Notes: a model not told the origin generated them from the sequence alone. A DNA stretch of 64,000 bases from Amoebidium appalachense (GCA_963693365.1 CAVNZM010000003.1:15111143-15175142); one strand, 5' to 3'. Shown: positions 27,105 to 41,124, counted from the stretch's first letter. A program made the numbers and translations.

Positions 27105-27216
27105 TCAAGTGACACCCGTCACTCGAGGCCATCTCCAATGAGTCTCCACACCTGATTATGACTCTAAGGCCCGGTGCATATGAGCTGGTTAGGCTGACAC
27201 TAACTCAACAAAACGC

Positions 27217-27450
27217 AAGCTCTGCACATGATATATTTTTAATTGAAACGTTAAAATCACATAAACCAACCGTTCACAAGCTTGCACTTATGTTATGATT
27301 TTTGATTGAAACGTTAAAATCACAGAAGTCAACCGTTCACAAGCTTGCACATGATATCCTTCTAAATGCACCTTTTAAGATCACAGTAAGGCTACAAAAC
27401 ACATGCTGGCCCATGTTATACTTTTGATTTTAACTTTAAAATCACTTCAC
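27217..27450. repeat. ~62-bp minisatellite, 2 clear plus degenerate copies
   Basis: ATTGAAACGTTAAAATCAC..CAACCGTTCACAAGCTTGCAC is repeated at ~27242 and ~27305, with decayed copies after. Confidence 0.8.
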
Positions 27451-28105
27451 AGTGCCCAGATACCACGACCGTAAAGCAGAACAAAATTGTATTGCCAATC
27501 TAAAAGTTTAGTAAAGTGCCCTTTATGTCCCTAGCCAGAGGGCGTGAATGAGACTTCCGTATCACCAAAGCCGTAAAAATTCCGAAAGTACAACCCCGTA
27601 TTTCAATTTAAACTTGAATCACGTTTTTTGAAATGGGCTGAATACGCCTAATTTGCTCACATGACAAATACGTGCTATCGTTGATTGGATCATCCCCACG
27701 TTTATATAAAGTAAGTGATATCTAACCAGTTTGTGTTCGAAGAAATGCTGCAATATCATTTAAGGTGAAGCAACAGCTCAAAAATCGGTGAAATACCCCC
27801 CCCCCCCCCCCCCCCCCCCCTCCTCCTCCCCCCCAAAGGATAATAAAAACTAAACACAGATTTGTCATCATCTAGCTTGATGCACCCTTCACACCCAATC
27901 AGATTGCGGCGTTGCCCCAAACGTTGAACGTTCGTCGTCTCCCTGCCAGCAAATCAGAAGTCAGTACAAGTCAATCCCATAATGTGTCGACGCAAAAATC
28001 CCCCCCCCCCTCCCCCCCTACCCCCCACCCCCTCCCTCCCCCGGGCCGCCGCACACGCTCGCTCGCGCGCGCGTGCACACACACACACACACACGCAGCG
28101 CGCGT

Positions 28106-28187
<82 letters not shown>

Positions 28188-28331
28188 TCATCATCAGATC
28201 CTCCGGTACACACACACCCACACCCACCAAAACAAAATAAATAATAACCTTCAGAGGACAGAAACAAGAAATCCACAAAATGTTATGCAACCACTTCCTC
28301 ACACATTCTCACACAATCGAATGGCGTGAAG

Positions 28332-29084
<753 letters not shown>

Positions 29085-29994
29085 AGAGGGACCGATTTTG
29101 AATTGGGCGTACAAACAATTCAATGGGTTATCCCGCAAAAATCTAATTTTATCTGCCGATGTCGCCAGGATGGAATGCGGGCAACGGTAATCGATCGAGG
29201 GCTGGAGTCCGCCCGCATTTCCTTTGTTTCCCGCAAAATGTTTGTGGTTCTTTCGCTCTGTAAAAAGTACCATAGCGCAACTATCCTCAGTACCACAGCA
29301 ATGTGCTTGCCTGGCATATTTCTGTTCCTTGGCGCTGACAGAAAATGAAGCCCAGCCACATATGGCAAGCGCAGAGGGGCTGGCCAGTTTCGATAATGAG
29401 AGCTCAGTTGTAGTTTCGAGTGGGTGCCAGCTGTGTGGTTTGCACCTCAAAGTCAGTGACTCAGAACAACCATACGAGGTACTTACTCCATAACGTTGTA
29501 TAACAAAGCTGTTGCCCATCAACTTGCCAACGGTGCTACTCTTTACATGTGACATGCTGTACGAGAATGCTTTGCGCGCTGCTTGCCAGCCAGCTCCAGC
29601 CCTTTAATTTGGTGTGCTGAATACGAAGGCACACGGAGTAAAACATGACAATGGCAGGGCACCAGCATTGTTTTGAAGCTGACAATCAGCTCACCCCCGC
29701 GTCCGGTTGTGTCGGGTTGGGGTGGAAGGTTTATTTTTTTATTTATTTATTTTTTTTATATTTTTTTTGGGGGGGGAGGGGGAGGGGTTCGGCCGTAGTG
29801 TGTGACGGTTTGCCACAGGTGTGTGCGTGTGTGTGTGTGTGTGGGTGTGCGTGCGTGCGTGCGTGCGTGTGTGGGTGTGTGTGTGTATGCCACGTGTGTG
29901 TGTGTACATGTGTGGGTTCGTGTTTCAGAGAGAGAGAGAGAAAGAGAGAGAGAGGGAGAGAGAGAGACAGAGTGCCGTATGTGTGCAATATGCT

Positions 29995-30044
<50 letters not shown>

Positions 30045-30790
30045 GTTTTGTACGGGTCTAAGGGAGTAGAGTGCACAGAGGTGTCATGTAAAACACGACC
30101 AACACAATAAAGAGAAGGCAATCGGAGTTGTTCACGACACTTGAAAGATTTCAACAACAAATGACTTTTATTTTTTCTCTCGGGCCTTTTTGTACTGGCC
30201 ATTTATCATCTTATCTCAACTAGAAGAAGAGAACCAATCGGTTCCTTCAGATGATAGAAAAATACATTCCAACAGCGCCCATGCAATCCAACTTCCGACA
30301 CAACTGAAGCTTAGAAACTCTTACTTAAGTAACTTAAGTAAATTATACAACTTGTCACTATTAATACACATATATATTTATACTCGTCTCCATAAAGAAA
30401 CTCATCTAAATACATATATTTCCTAATAGTCGACACTCTCAAAGTGAAGACACATCATGATAAAACGAATTCCAAACATATCTAATGTGTCCAATCATAA
30501 CACGTATATTAATAAACAAGAATGCACATCACGATCTAAAGATGTACTCAATCGCGTCTATTGGTGAGTCATCCCATTTTGAACTAAAACTAAACTACTT
30601 TGAACTAAAACAACGACAACGAATATAGCTAGCCAATCACACTACTCTCAGAAAAACAGAGGAGAGCAAACACAGATAAAATGCAATAAGTCCTATCAGG
30701 CAAGGGAGCCAGGTGTGCACAGATCTACAGATATCCGTGCACACAGAAACAAGGAAGAGAGGGATACGGGGGGGGGGGGGGGGGGGGGGG

Positions 30791-30830
<40 letters not shown>

Positions 30831-31505
30831 AAAGAGCAAAAGGGAGAGAAGGGGGAGAGCACAAAGAAGAAGAGAGCAGACGCGAATACAAACAAGGCTA
30901 AGACACACACACATACTTCAAGACTCTTGCTGTTGGTGTGTGTGTGTGTTGTTTGGGCATGCAAACGATGCCACCTTATACTTATTAGATCTCCACTGTA
31001 TAGCACGTGTACAGTAAAAGCGTGGTATGTGATCAATAATACCATCAGCTAGAGAAAAACCAATTCTACAGGAAGGTAATATGTATTTAGGTGTTACGCA
31101 TTTGCGAGTGCCATATTTGGCAATATGGTTAAGGCGGTCATTATACATAAAACGAGACACAAGGCTTAGTTTTTCAAGGTGTATGCTTTCATCGGGTCTG
31201 GTGTCGTGTGGTATTTTTTTCCATTTGTTATATTGTGTAATTATCTTGTGATTGTGTACATGTCTAATAAGTAAGTGGCAGTCCAAAGTCACACGCACAC
31301 TTTTGCGGGGTTTATTTGTATTTGTGCCCGGGGGAAAGGAGAGAGAGAGGGAAGGAAAGAGGGGAGAGGTGAGGAGGGGGCAGGTCGGATAGAGAAGAGA
31401 GGGTGGGAGGGCAAATACTCTTTAAGCGGCTTATGTGCTTATTGAATTTCAGCGCGAGATAGGATACTCTAGCAGCTATTGGGACCAGACCATATATCGA
31501 GAGCG

Positions 31506-32357
31506 TTACAGGCCCAGGTTTACAACAGTTGTTAGATAGAAAAAGGAGGCAACTTCTGCTTCAAGGAAATTTGCCAAGGGTTTAAGCGCTCTAGTTCTCT
31601 CTTTCTTGATCCAAGCGGCGAGAAGGGGTAAACCATATTCACTTGCCGGGAAGACAAAAGTGCGGATAAATGTAAGTCTAATAGAAGGATGGAGGGGTGT
31701 ATCTTTAAAAATATTAGCCGAGAAGAAAGCTAACCGCTTACGAGCCAGCTCTACCCTCTTTTCGACCATACGGGAAAACATAACACCAACAGAATTAACC
31801 GGAACACCAAGATATTTGTATTCTGGAACTATAGGTACAGGTTTAGATGATAATGTAAATGTGTGTAAATTGTTAGCTATATCAGGTACAAGAACGCCAC
31901 ATTTGTCATAATGATTGGTTTGCCTTGCACCACTTTGACACTACATCGAACAATCTTTGCAGGCGTCTAGGGGTACGGGCTGCCACCTACTGAGATTGCT
32001 CCTTATTTTTCCTTACACATTCAGCGAACACTGGACTCTATCGAACCGTCGAGGCGCCGCGACAGAAAGCATGCACGCGGTCGCGAGAGTGTAACCCGTC
32101 TGCAGCGAACGTAAAGTTCATCGCAGCGCGTGCACACCGTCAGTACGTGTGAGGGGTACGGGCAAGGAGGGACAGATCATCAGCATAGAGACGTGCAGGC
32201 GGAAAGTTATTAATAGGGTCATCATTTTCGGCATAAATATCTTGACAGAAAAATCATCTATAAATAGGTTAAACAAAAAGGGACTAAGCAATGAACCCTG
32301 CAAGAGACCCTCTAGGACGAGCACGGAACCCTGCAAGAGACCCTCTAGGACGAGCAA
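31506..32357 (-). mobile_element. Truncated non-LTR retrotransposon (LINE) reverse transcriptase fragment
   Basis: Minus strand gives GLLQGSLLSPFLFNLFIDD, RLYADDL, LQRLFDVVSKWC, KCGV, EYKYLGV and SEYG. It is frameshifted, has a 33-bp tandem duplication at ~32293-32357 and a 171-bp insertion. Confidence 0.88.
31981..32151. mobile_element. 171-bp insertion flanked by a 12-bp target-site duplication
   Basis: AGGGGTACGGGC at 31969-31980 and 32152-32163. Removing the insert and one copy restores RT sequence ...SLLARTPRRLQRLFD. Confidence 0.8.
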
Positions 32358-32360
32358 AAC

Positions 32361-32838
32361 AATTGCCTAAATCGGCCACCGTGTTAATTCGGCCACCTTT
32401 ACAATTCAATCGCTAAGTATCGCAAGAATCGCGCTAGCCTACAGTGCAGGGTACCTCTAGAAAGCAATTTTCCTTACCTTTCCAGCGATACTAAGAAAGC
32501 GCTTGCGCTGCGAAACCTATGAGAGCGACACCGCTTATCAAGGACGTTTTGTCAACTTTTTTTAAGACTGAGGAATCTGGACTGCCAATTTGGCCGAATC
32601 CGGGTGGCCTATTTACCACAGATCAAAAATTTACCACCCGAATTCATCATCGGCGTCGCAAGCAAAAAAACATACTTATATGCAACTTTACATACGTACA
32701 TGCTTAGTAGAAATAAAAGATATAGTATTTTTCTTTTTTATAGTGATTTTTTTTTCTTCGTGTAGTATACTTCTATAGTTCTCTAGTCACCGCCCGTACA
32801 TGGTGCGAAAGGGTGGCCGATTTAGGCAATTTACTGTA
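32361..32838. mobile_element. MITE, Tc1/mariner-pogo-like
   Basis: Inverted repeats AATTGCCTAAATCGGCCACC (32361-32380) and GGTGGCCGATTTAGGCAATT (32812-32831). The right end runs ...TTACTG|TA (CAGT terminus plus TA). The left terminal bases are missing next to the LINE. No coding capacity. Confidence 0.75.
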
Positions 32839-32924
32839 CGCATGTGCATGGTGGAGGCTCTTGGGAGTCTCCCTGTGGTCAGAAAGAATGTTTGCCGTGC
32901 TCCTTTTGCGTAACAGTAGCGCAC

Positions 32925-33000
32925 GCTCCTATTGGCTTGCTACTCACGACACATGCAAATCCGATTGCATCGGATAAGCATTTAAAACCTGATTGGTCGT
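32925..33000 (+). promoter_or_regulatory. Putative ASL promoter with inverted CCAAT boxes
   Basis: ATTGG at ~32931 and ~32992, upstream of a likely 5'UTR exon (donor AAG|GTATGG at 33172; branch CTAAC ~33435; acceptor 33460). Confidence 0.35.
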
Positions 33001-33463
33001 GTATCACACAACGCGGCTTTCTCAAAGCACGAGTGTACACAGAACCAGAAACCAAAATTTTAAAAACTTAAACCTTGCCACTTTTTCAGACACCTACCAT
33101 CTGAAACAAGCCGCGATTCCGAAACAAGCCGCGATTCCACATTCCCACAACACTATTTGCTTTTCAAAAAGGTATGGCATAGGCATTAGGTTCTCTGCAA
33201 GCCTTATTTACAGTTTGGTCGTTCGATTATAAGATCTTTCCCTTTTCCCTTCGTGCTGCTCAGGGGTGTGGTCTTTTATTCACCTTTTTTTGCGGTGGGT
33301 TAGAGTTTGTGTGTGTGGGGGGGGGGGGGGGGGGGTGGATGGGGTGGGTTTGGGTGAGAAGGAGTGGAAGGGAAGGGTGAGGGGAGGAGGGGAATATGAT
33401 TCGACATAGGGGGTTATGGGAAGTTGAAGTGGCACTAACATACGCGTGTGTGGTGGTCAGAGA

Positions 33464-34158
33464 ATGGCAGCACACGAGGGAGCCAAGCTGTGGGGAGGGC
33501 GGTTCACAGGCAAGGTGGACCCCATTATGGAGGCCTTCAACGCCTCTCTGGGGTTTGACAAGCGCATGTTTGCCCAGGTTTGGTTTTACTCAGCCCCCCT
33601 TCTTCCTCTTCCCCCCCCCCCCCCCCCCCCTCCCCCCCCCCCCATGGGCCCTCCTCTTCCTCTAAGTTCTTCTCCCCTTCCGCACCTGCCAAACGGGGCC
33701 CAGTTTACTCTCCATTATTCCCACCGACTTTTTTTCAAGTACTAACAAGTGACAGGTCTTGGTAGTGGTTGTTTCTGTGTCTGCATGTTTCCCTGGAACT
33801 GTCAATAATGGCTTCAAATGTACACTGCCGACTGTTGTATCCCCCCCCCCCCCCCCCCCCCTTCCCCTTCTCCCCCCCCCTCTACTCCCCCACTGCCCCC
33901 TTTCCTCCCACACCCGTCCCCACCCCATTTCACCTTCTGATGTACCGCTGTGTTCAAAGGTTTTTTCTCCACCATACTTCAGACGTCACACCCAACTCCC
34001 TTTTCTTCTACCTAGGTGCCTATGTTGATGGCACACAAGTCCCTACTCTTCATACTTTGCTGGAAAACTTTGTTCTCTAATATCTCATGCCCACATCACT
34101 TGCAATCGACCCATTCTCATCCCTCGACCCTCCCCCCCATTTTCCCTTTTCTCCTGCC

Positions 34159-34202
<44 letters not shown>

Positions 34203-34249
34203 ACACACACCCATACACACACACCCATACACCCATACACACACGTGCG

Positions 34250-34280
<31 letters not shown>

Positions 34281-34308
34281 ATACACTCAACCACCCACAC
34301 ATACGTGC

Positions 34309-34378
<70 letters not shown>

Positions 34379-35271
34379 TTAACAGGACATAGCAGGCAGC
34401 ATTGCCTATGCCAAGGCCATTTCCAAGGCCGGTCTTATCACTGAGGCTGAGAGAGACGATCTTGTGAGGGGGCTTGGTTCGGTGCTGAATGAGTGGCAGA
34501 CGGGCACCTTTGAAATTAAGGTAGCGGTTCTTCTCCTCCTCCCGACCCCCCGACCCCTCCTTTCCGGGCAGTTTCAGCGAGACCCACGACCCCTCCCCCC
34601 CCCCCCCCCTCCAAACACACACACCCCCCCCCCCCCCAACACACACATCTTCCCCCCCCCCCCCCCCAAACACACACATCTTCCCCCCCCCCCCCCCAAA
34701 CACACTCATCTCCCCCCCCCCCCCCCAAAAAAAAAAAAAAGCACACACATCTTCCCCTCCCCCCCCCCCCCCCCCCGCCCCCCAAAAAACCCCCCTACTA
34801 ATCCCCCCTCCCCCCTTCCCCACTCCCCCCCCCCCCCCCCACACACACACACACACATTCTCTCTCTCTCTCTCTCCAACATGACATCTGACTAATGTGG
34901 TTAACAAACTCCCCCCTCCCCCCCCCCCCCCAAAAAAAAAAAAATTAAAAAAAACACACAAAAAAACAAAACAAAAAAAAAAACAAAAAAAAACAAACAC
35001 GGAAATTCACATAGGACGTCTGTAGCTAACCCCCCCCCCCCCCCCCCCCCCCCACACACACACCCCATCAGGAGGGAGATGAGGACATCCACACAGCCAA
35101 CGAGAGACGGTTGAAGGAGTTGGTGGGGCCTGTGGCTGGAAAACTGCACACGGGCAGGTCTAGAAACGACCAGGTAGCGACTGGGACACACAGACACACA
35201 GAACACACACACACTCTCTAGCATCAAACCGTCGTCGCCCCCACCACCACAAATATCAGACACCATGATCA

Positions 35272-35351
<80 letters not shown>

Positions 35352-36328
35352 CATTCGGACCCCCCCCCCCCCCCCACCCTCTCAATACATTTTTCTTCTC
35401 ACTCAACCACACACATGCACACGAGCCCCTAAACAACCATTACACGAACCCGGGGCACATATAATATGGCATCCATAGGGTAGGATATTTGTGGATTGCC
35501 GAGTCATTGATGCCAATCTGTGTGCTGCATAATCTTTGTGCGAGTTTTCGGGTGATGTATCAGCATTGCGTTGGGTATGAGCATGTACCTCGTACTGTGA
35601 ACCACCTTCAACCCCCCCCCCCCCCCCCCATCTGTAAGCACATATGCATTTTTCGCTGCACTGCATTAGTTTGCAGACACATATTCACCGTTTTGCTCAC
35701 CTTGCTTGCATAAGCAACCCTGCTCGTCTTTGATCAAGACGGGTTGACCCTCCCAAGTTCAGTTGATGCTGCTGTCTGAGTTGGAGAGTCGTATATACGC
35801 GGGCTAAGGGGTCGAAACTCAGACGCATTTGATGACTTGGGCCCTCCCTGAGGATGGGCTCTGCCTATGACGCATACTGCGCGCATGGCTATGTTGCATA
35901 CTTGAGTGTTTGCCTTTGCATGTGTCCTTCGTGTGTGCGTATTTCGTACCGTGTTCCACATTCAATCCCCCCCCCCCCCCATCTGTAAGCACATATGCAT
36001 TTTTCGCTGCACTGCATTAGTTTGCAGACACATATTCACCGTTTTGCTCACCTTGCTTGCATAAGCAACCCTGCTCGTCTTTGATCAATACGGGTTGACC
36101 CTCCCAAGTTCAGTTGATGCTGCTGTCTGAGTTGGAGAGTCGTATATACGCGGGCTAAGGGGTCGAAACTCAGACGCATTTGATGACTTGGGCCCTCCCT
36201 GAGGATTGAGGATGGGCTCTGCCTATGACGCATACTGCGCGCATGGCTATGTTGCATACTTGAGTGTTTGCCTTTGCATGTGTCCTTCGTGTATGCGTAT
36301 TTCGTACCGTGTTCCACATTCAATCCCC

Positions 36329-36361
<33 letters not shown>

Positions 36362-36744
36362 AAGTTCGTTTACTGTGGATGACGTGCTCCCCCCCCCCTC
36401 CCTGAGGATGGGCTCTGCTTATTATGCATACTCTTTATGTATGGTTTGCATTCTGCATCGTGTTATCCGTTGTTCTTGTGTACATCGTACTTTTTGACAC
36501 ATTCAAACCCCCCCCCCCCCCCCCCCCCCCCTTGGTACCAGTTGTGGATTTTGTCTTTGTATTCGATCCGCCATTCTAATCCTCCCCCACTCCCCCCCCC
36601 CCCCCCCCCCCCCCCCCACCACCACCAAAAAAAAACACCCCACCCCAAGCTCTCCTTTCCCACTTCTAACAACCACCTTTTCACATATATCCCCCCCATC
36701 CCCCACACCCGCCCTTCAAAAGGCTCAACACGCATGCGCCACAC

Positions 36745-36816
<72 letters not shown>

Positions 36817-37499
36817 TACACCCTTATCATATCACGCGAGCGAACACACATGGACACACACACATACATGCATTTATATACACGCACGTACACGCACGCA
36901 CGCGCGCGCGCGCACACACACACACACACACAGGTTGCCACGGACATGCGCCTATGGCTCCGTGATGAGTTGCAGACACTCAAGGGGCTGCTTGTGGAGC
37001 TGATCAGTGTGCACGTGAAGAGGGCAGAGACCCAGATAGATATCCTCATGCCGGGATATACCCACCTGCAGGTGGGTGATAATATGCCACATAGATATAT
37101 CCCTATATGGATAAACCCACCAATATGCTGAATAGATTTACACGTACGTGATAATGGTGTCTTAATGGTGAATTGATATCCTCATGTCGGAATATACACA
37201 CCCACTGCCATGGGGATATTTTTTCTTTGTAACATAAACTGTAGTGAACGATGGGTTGAGGTTTTATGTTGGTACATGTACGCATTGACACTAACCCCCC
37301 CCCCCCCCCCCCTCCCCCACCCCCACCCCCACACACACACACACAACCATCACCGACACCACGTTTTTTCTCCCGTCGCCAACTGTCCACGTTTTACGTT
37401 CTCGCCATCCACCGCCACATTTCCTGCCCGTCTGCAACACACACACACGTACCCACACACAGACGTACACGTACACGTACACACACACGAACACGAACA

Positions 37500-37552
<53 letters not shown>

Positions 37553-38584
37553 ACACGTACACACGTACACACGTACACACGTACACACGTACAGCGTGCG
37601 CAACCCATCCGTTGGAGCCACTGGCTTCTCTCCCATGCCACGGCCCTTCAGAGGGACGTACAGAGGCTGGAGGAGATGTATGCGAGATGCAACGTGTGCC
37701 CCCTGGGGTCTGGTGCTCTGGCTGGCCACCCACTGGGCATTGACAGAGACTTCCTGGCTAAGGAGCTGGGTATGTGCTGTCTTTTTTTCTTTTTCTTTGA
37801 ACTCTTTTTTTCTTCAAGGGTGGGAGGGGAGGGGGAGGGGGTGGGGGGAAGGGAAGGTAGATATTGGGGGCGGGGCGGCGGGGGGGGGGGGGGGGGGGGG
37901 AGGGGGGGATGAAGATGTTCGGGGGGGGGGGGGGGGGAGGGGGGAGGGGGGAGGGGGGCTGCTTGGCATGTTTGACGCAGAGAGAACGCAGACCGGAGAA
38001 AAGAGATTGGTTGGGGTAGGGGGAGGGGGGGGGGAGGGGGAGGGGAGGGGAGGGTATGTGATTAGTAGGTGTTGGTATTGCTTTTGTGCTTTTTGTTTCT
38101 TGCAGTTTGTCACGAGGGGAGGTTTGAGAATTGTTGCCGTGGCGGTGGTCTTTTGTGGTGAAAGGCCCCTCGGAGGGGGGGGGGGGGGGGGGGGGGGGCA
38201 TGTTTATGAAAGATGACCCCGTAAATTGGTAGAAACTCGGAATGTATTGATGGTTGTAGGCTGATAATATGCTTTAACTGTGGTGTGTGTGTAAGGAGGG
38301 GGAATGGGGGGGGGGGGGGGGGGGGGGGGGGGGAGGGGGGATGAAAAATGGGAATTTTGGGTAGTGGTGGCTGTGTGGATACGAACACCGAGGTTGTGGT
38401 GTTTTCTAAGGGTACGGCCTTGGGATTTGGAGGGGGGGAGGAGAGGGGGGGGGGGGGGGGGAGGGGAGGGGGAGGAGGGGGGGGGGGGGGGGGGGGGGGC
38501 TTTGTGCAGTGATCAAGGTACCTCGGCACAAGCGTTACAAAAGGATGTATACTCAAAGCACACACGCTCATCATACACCGCATC

Positions 38585-38617
<33 letters not shown>

Positions 38618-38938
38618 CCTCTCAGACCTCTCTCTCTCCCCCCCCCCCCCCCCCCCCCCTCTCTCTCTCTCTTACACTCTTCCCCCCCCCCCCCCCCCTC
38701 TCTCTCTCTTTATGTATATCCGCATCTCCCACTCCCTTCCCCCGCCTACACACCACATACACCCACTTTACATACCCACCCAACGATGCCCTCTCATCTT
38801 CCCCCTCCTTCCAACCCCTTCTCACACACTCACTCGTACCAATCTCTCCCCTCCCCCCCCCTCCTCTTTGTCCGCAAACACATGCACCTACCACACCCTC
38901 GTCCTCCCCCAACACACATAGACACCCTGAAACCCGCA

Positions 38939-38979
<41 letters not shown>

Positions 38980-39093
38980 ACCACCACCACCACCACCACA
39001 CACACACACACACACCTACCCCCCTTCCCATCTTCCCCCTCCCCCCTTCCCCCCATTGCCCTTTCCCCTTCTCCCCCCCCTCTCCCCCCCTCT

Positions 39094-39135
<42 letters not shown>

Positions 39136-39416
39136 ACAGAGTTCCAGGGCCTCACACCCAACAGTCTTGACGGCACGAGCGGAAGAGACTTTGTGGTTGA
39201 GTTTCTTTCTTGGGGCACACTGGTGATGACGCATCTGAGCAAGTGGGCCGAGGATCTGATCATCTACTCCACAAAGGAGTTTAACTTTGTGTCCCTGGCT
39301 GACGCTTATAGGTATGGTATTCCTGTTTCTAGCCTCTTTCCCCCTCCATCCCCTCCCCCCTTCCCCCTCCCTCCCCAAAAATACATACACAATGCACAGA
39401 GAGAGTGGTTGAGGAG

Positions 39417-39484
<68 letters not shown>

Positions 39485-40009
39485 ACAGCACCTACACACC
39501 ACCACCATCACCACCATCCCTTCTCTCCTATTACACACACACACACACCTCTCTTCTTTCTCATACCCCCTTTCTCCCCCCCCCCCCCCCCCCCCCCCCC
39601 CAACACCCAAAAAAAAAAAAAAACTTACCTCCCCCCTCCCTTTCTATGTGTGAAGTAAAACAATTGCAATATACACGATTTTAGTGTTTAATCGCGGACA
39701 TAATGTATGCTTATTGTCTGGTTCTAGGTTCTAAATATATCTAGGTGTATTCTTTTCTACCGACTTTGATCATTAATAAACCCCCCCCCCCCCCCCCCCC
39801 CCCCTCCCCTCCCCTCCCCTCCCCTCCTTCGCCGGCACCACGTATTGCCCTCTCAATGCACTTCACGGTGTACACACACAGACACACACGCACAGGATAA
39901 TCAACACCTACACATACACACCCACACAAACGTACATACACAATATTACTACACAACACACACACACGTACACGCACACGTACACGCACACACACACGCA
40001 CACACACAC

Positions 40010-40089
<80 letters not shown>

Positions 40090-40700
40090 CACGGGCAGCA
40101 GCTTGATGCCGCAGAAGAAGAATGCCGACAGTCTCGAACTGATTCGCGGAAAGAGCGGTCGTATCTTTGGCGCAGTATGTGTCTTTTTTTCTTTTGTTTT
40201 CTTTTGTCTTGTTTTGTTTTGTTTTGTTTTCCTTTGTTTGTTTTGTTTTGTTTTGTTTTGTTCTCTTTCCTTTCCTTTTCTTTCCTTTTTTTCCCCTTCG
40301 CTTTGCTTTCCTCTCTCCTCGCAAGTGCACACGCGCGCGCGCACACAATAAAAAAACACACGTACACACACACACACACACACGTACACGTACACGTACA
40401 CGTACACGTACACGTACACGCACACGTACACGCACATGTATACGCGGGGACAGGGGAGGAAGGGGTGTGGAGGGGAAGTGGGGCTGGGAAAGTCTGGGTT
40501 ACTCCCAGAGCCTGGTGCCTGTCTGTTCCTATGAGATTATACTTAAAATGATAGAAAGGAAAAAGATCTTGGGCGGGTGCTAAAATAGACAAAGACAGGT
40601 CGGTAGGTGGGGGACAAATACTAGAGTTTCGGAAGTTAATGGGGAAGTAAGGCAAAATAGGAAAGGAAGGCGGGTGGGTGGGTTTGGGTTTGGGTTTAAG

Positions 40701-40740
<40 letters not shown>

Positions 40741-40787
40741 GTTGGTTGGTTGGTTGGTTGGTTGGTGGTGGTGGTAAGGGGGGGGAA

Positions 40788-40825
<38 letters not shown>

Positions 40826-41124
40826 GATTGCCACCGGTTAAGAGAAGAGATCGTTGAGTCTAGGAATCGAACTATTCACCGAGGGAGAGGGTGGGGGAGG
40901 GGGGGGGGGTGGGGGGAGGAGGTGGAAGAGATGCATGATGAACTTTTTCTCTTTTGCCTCCTACATTGTTTGCTGTCTGTTTTCATGATTGTGCATTCAG
41001 TAGATGAGAATGGGAGTGAGCCAGCTATGTGCATATAGTCCAACTGACATTGGTCTTCTTGCAGAACGCCGGTTTTCTGATGACCCTCAAGGTATGTGCC
41101 TCCGCCCCCCCCCCCCCCCCCTCC

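Noticed and set aside
27217-27450. Possible CRISPR-like array
   Set aside because: Whole units are repeated with no unique spacers; an ordinary minisatellite in a eukaryotic context.
35725-35855. C/D-box snoRNA interpretation (TGATGA, CTGA)
   Set aside because: Boxes are not positioned at the terminal stem, and the putative guide regions differ between subfamilies or are locked in stems.
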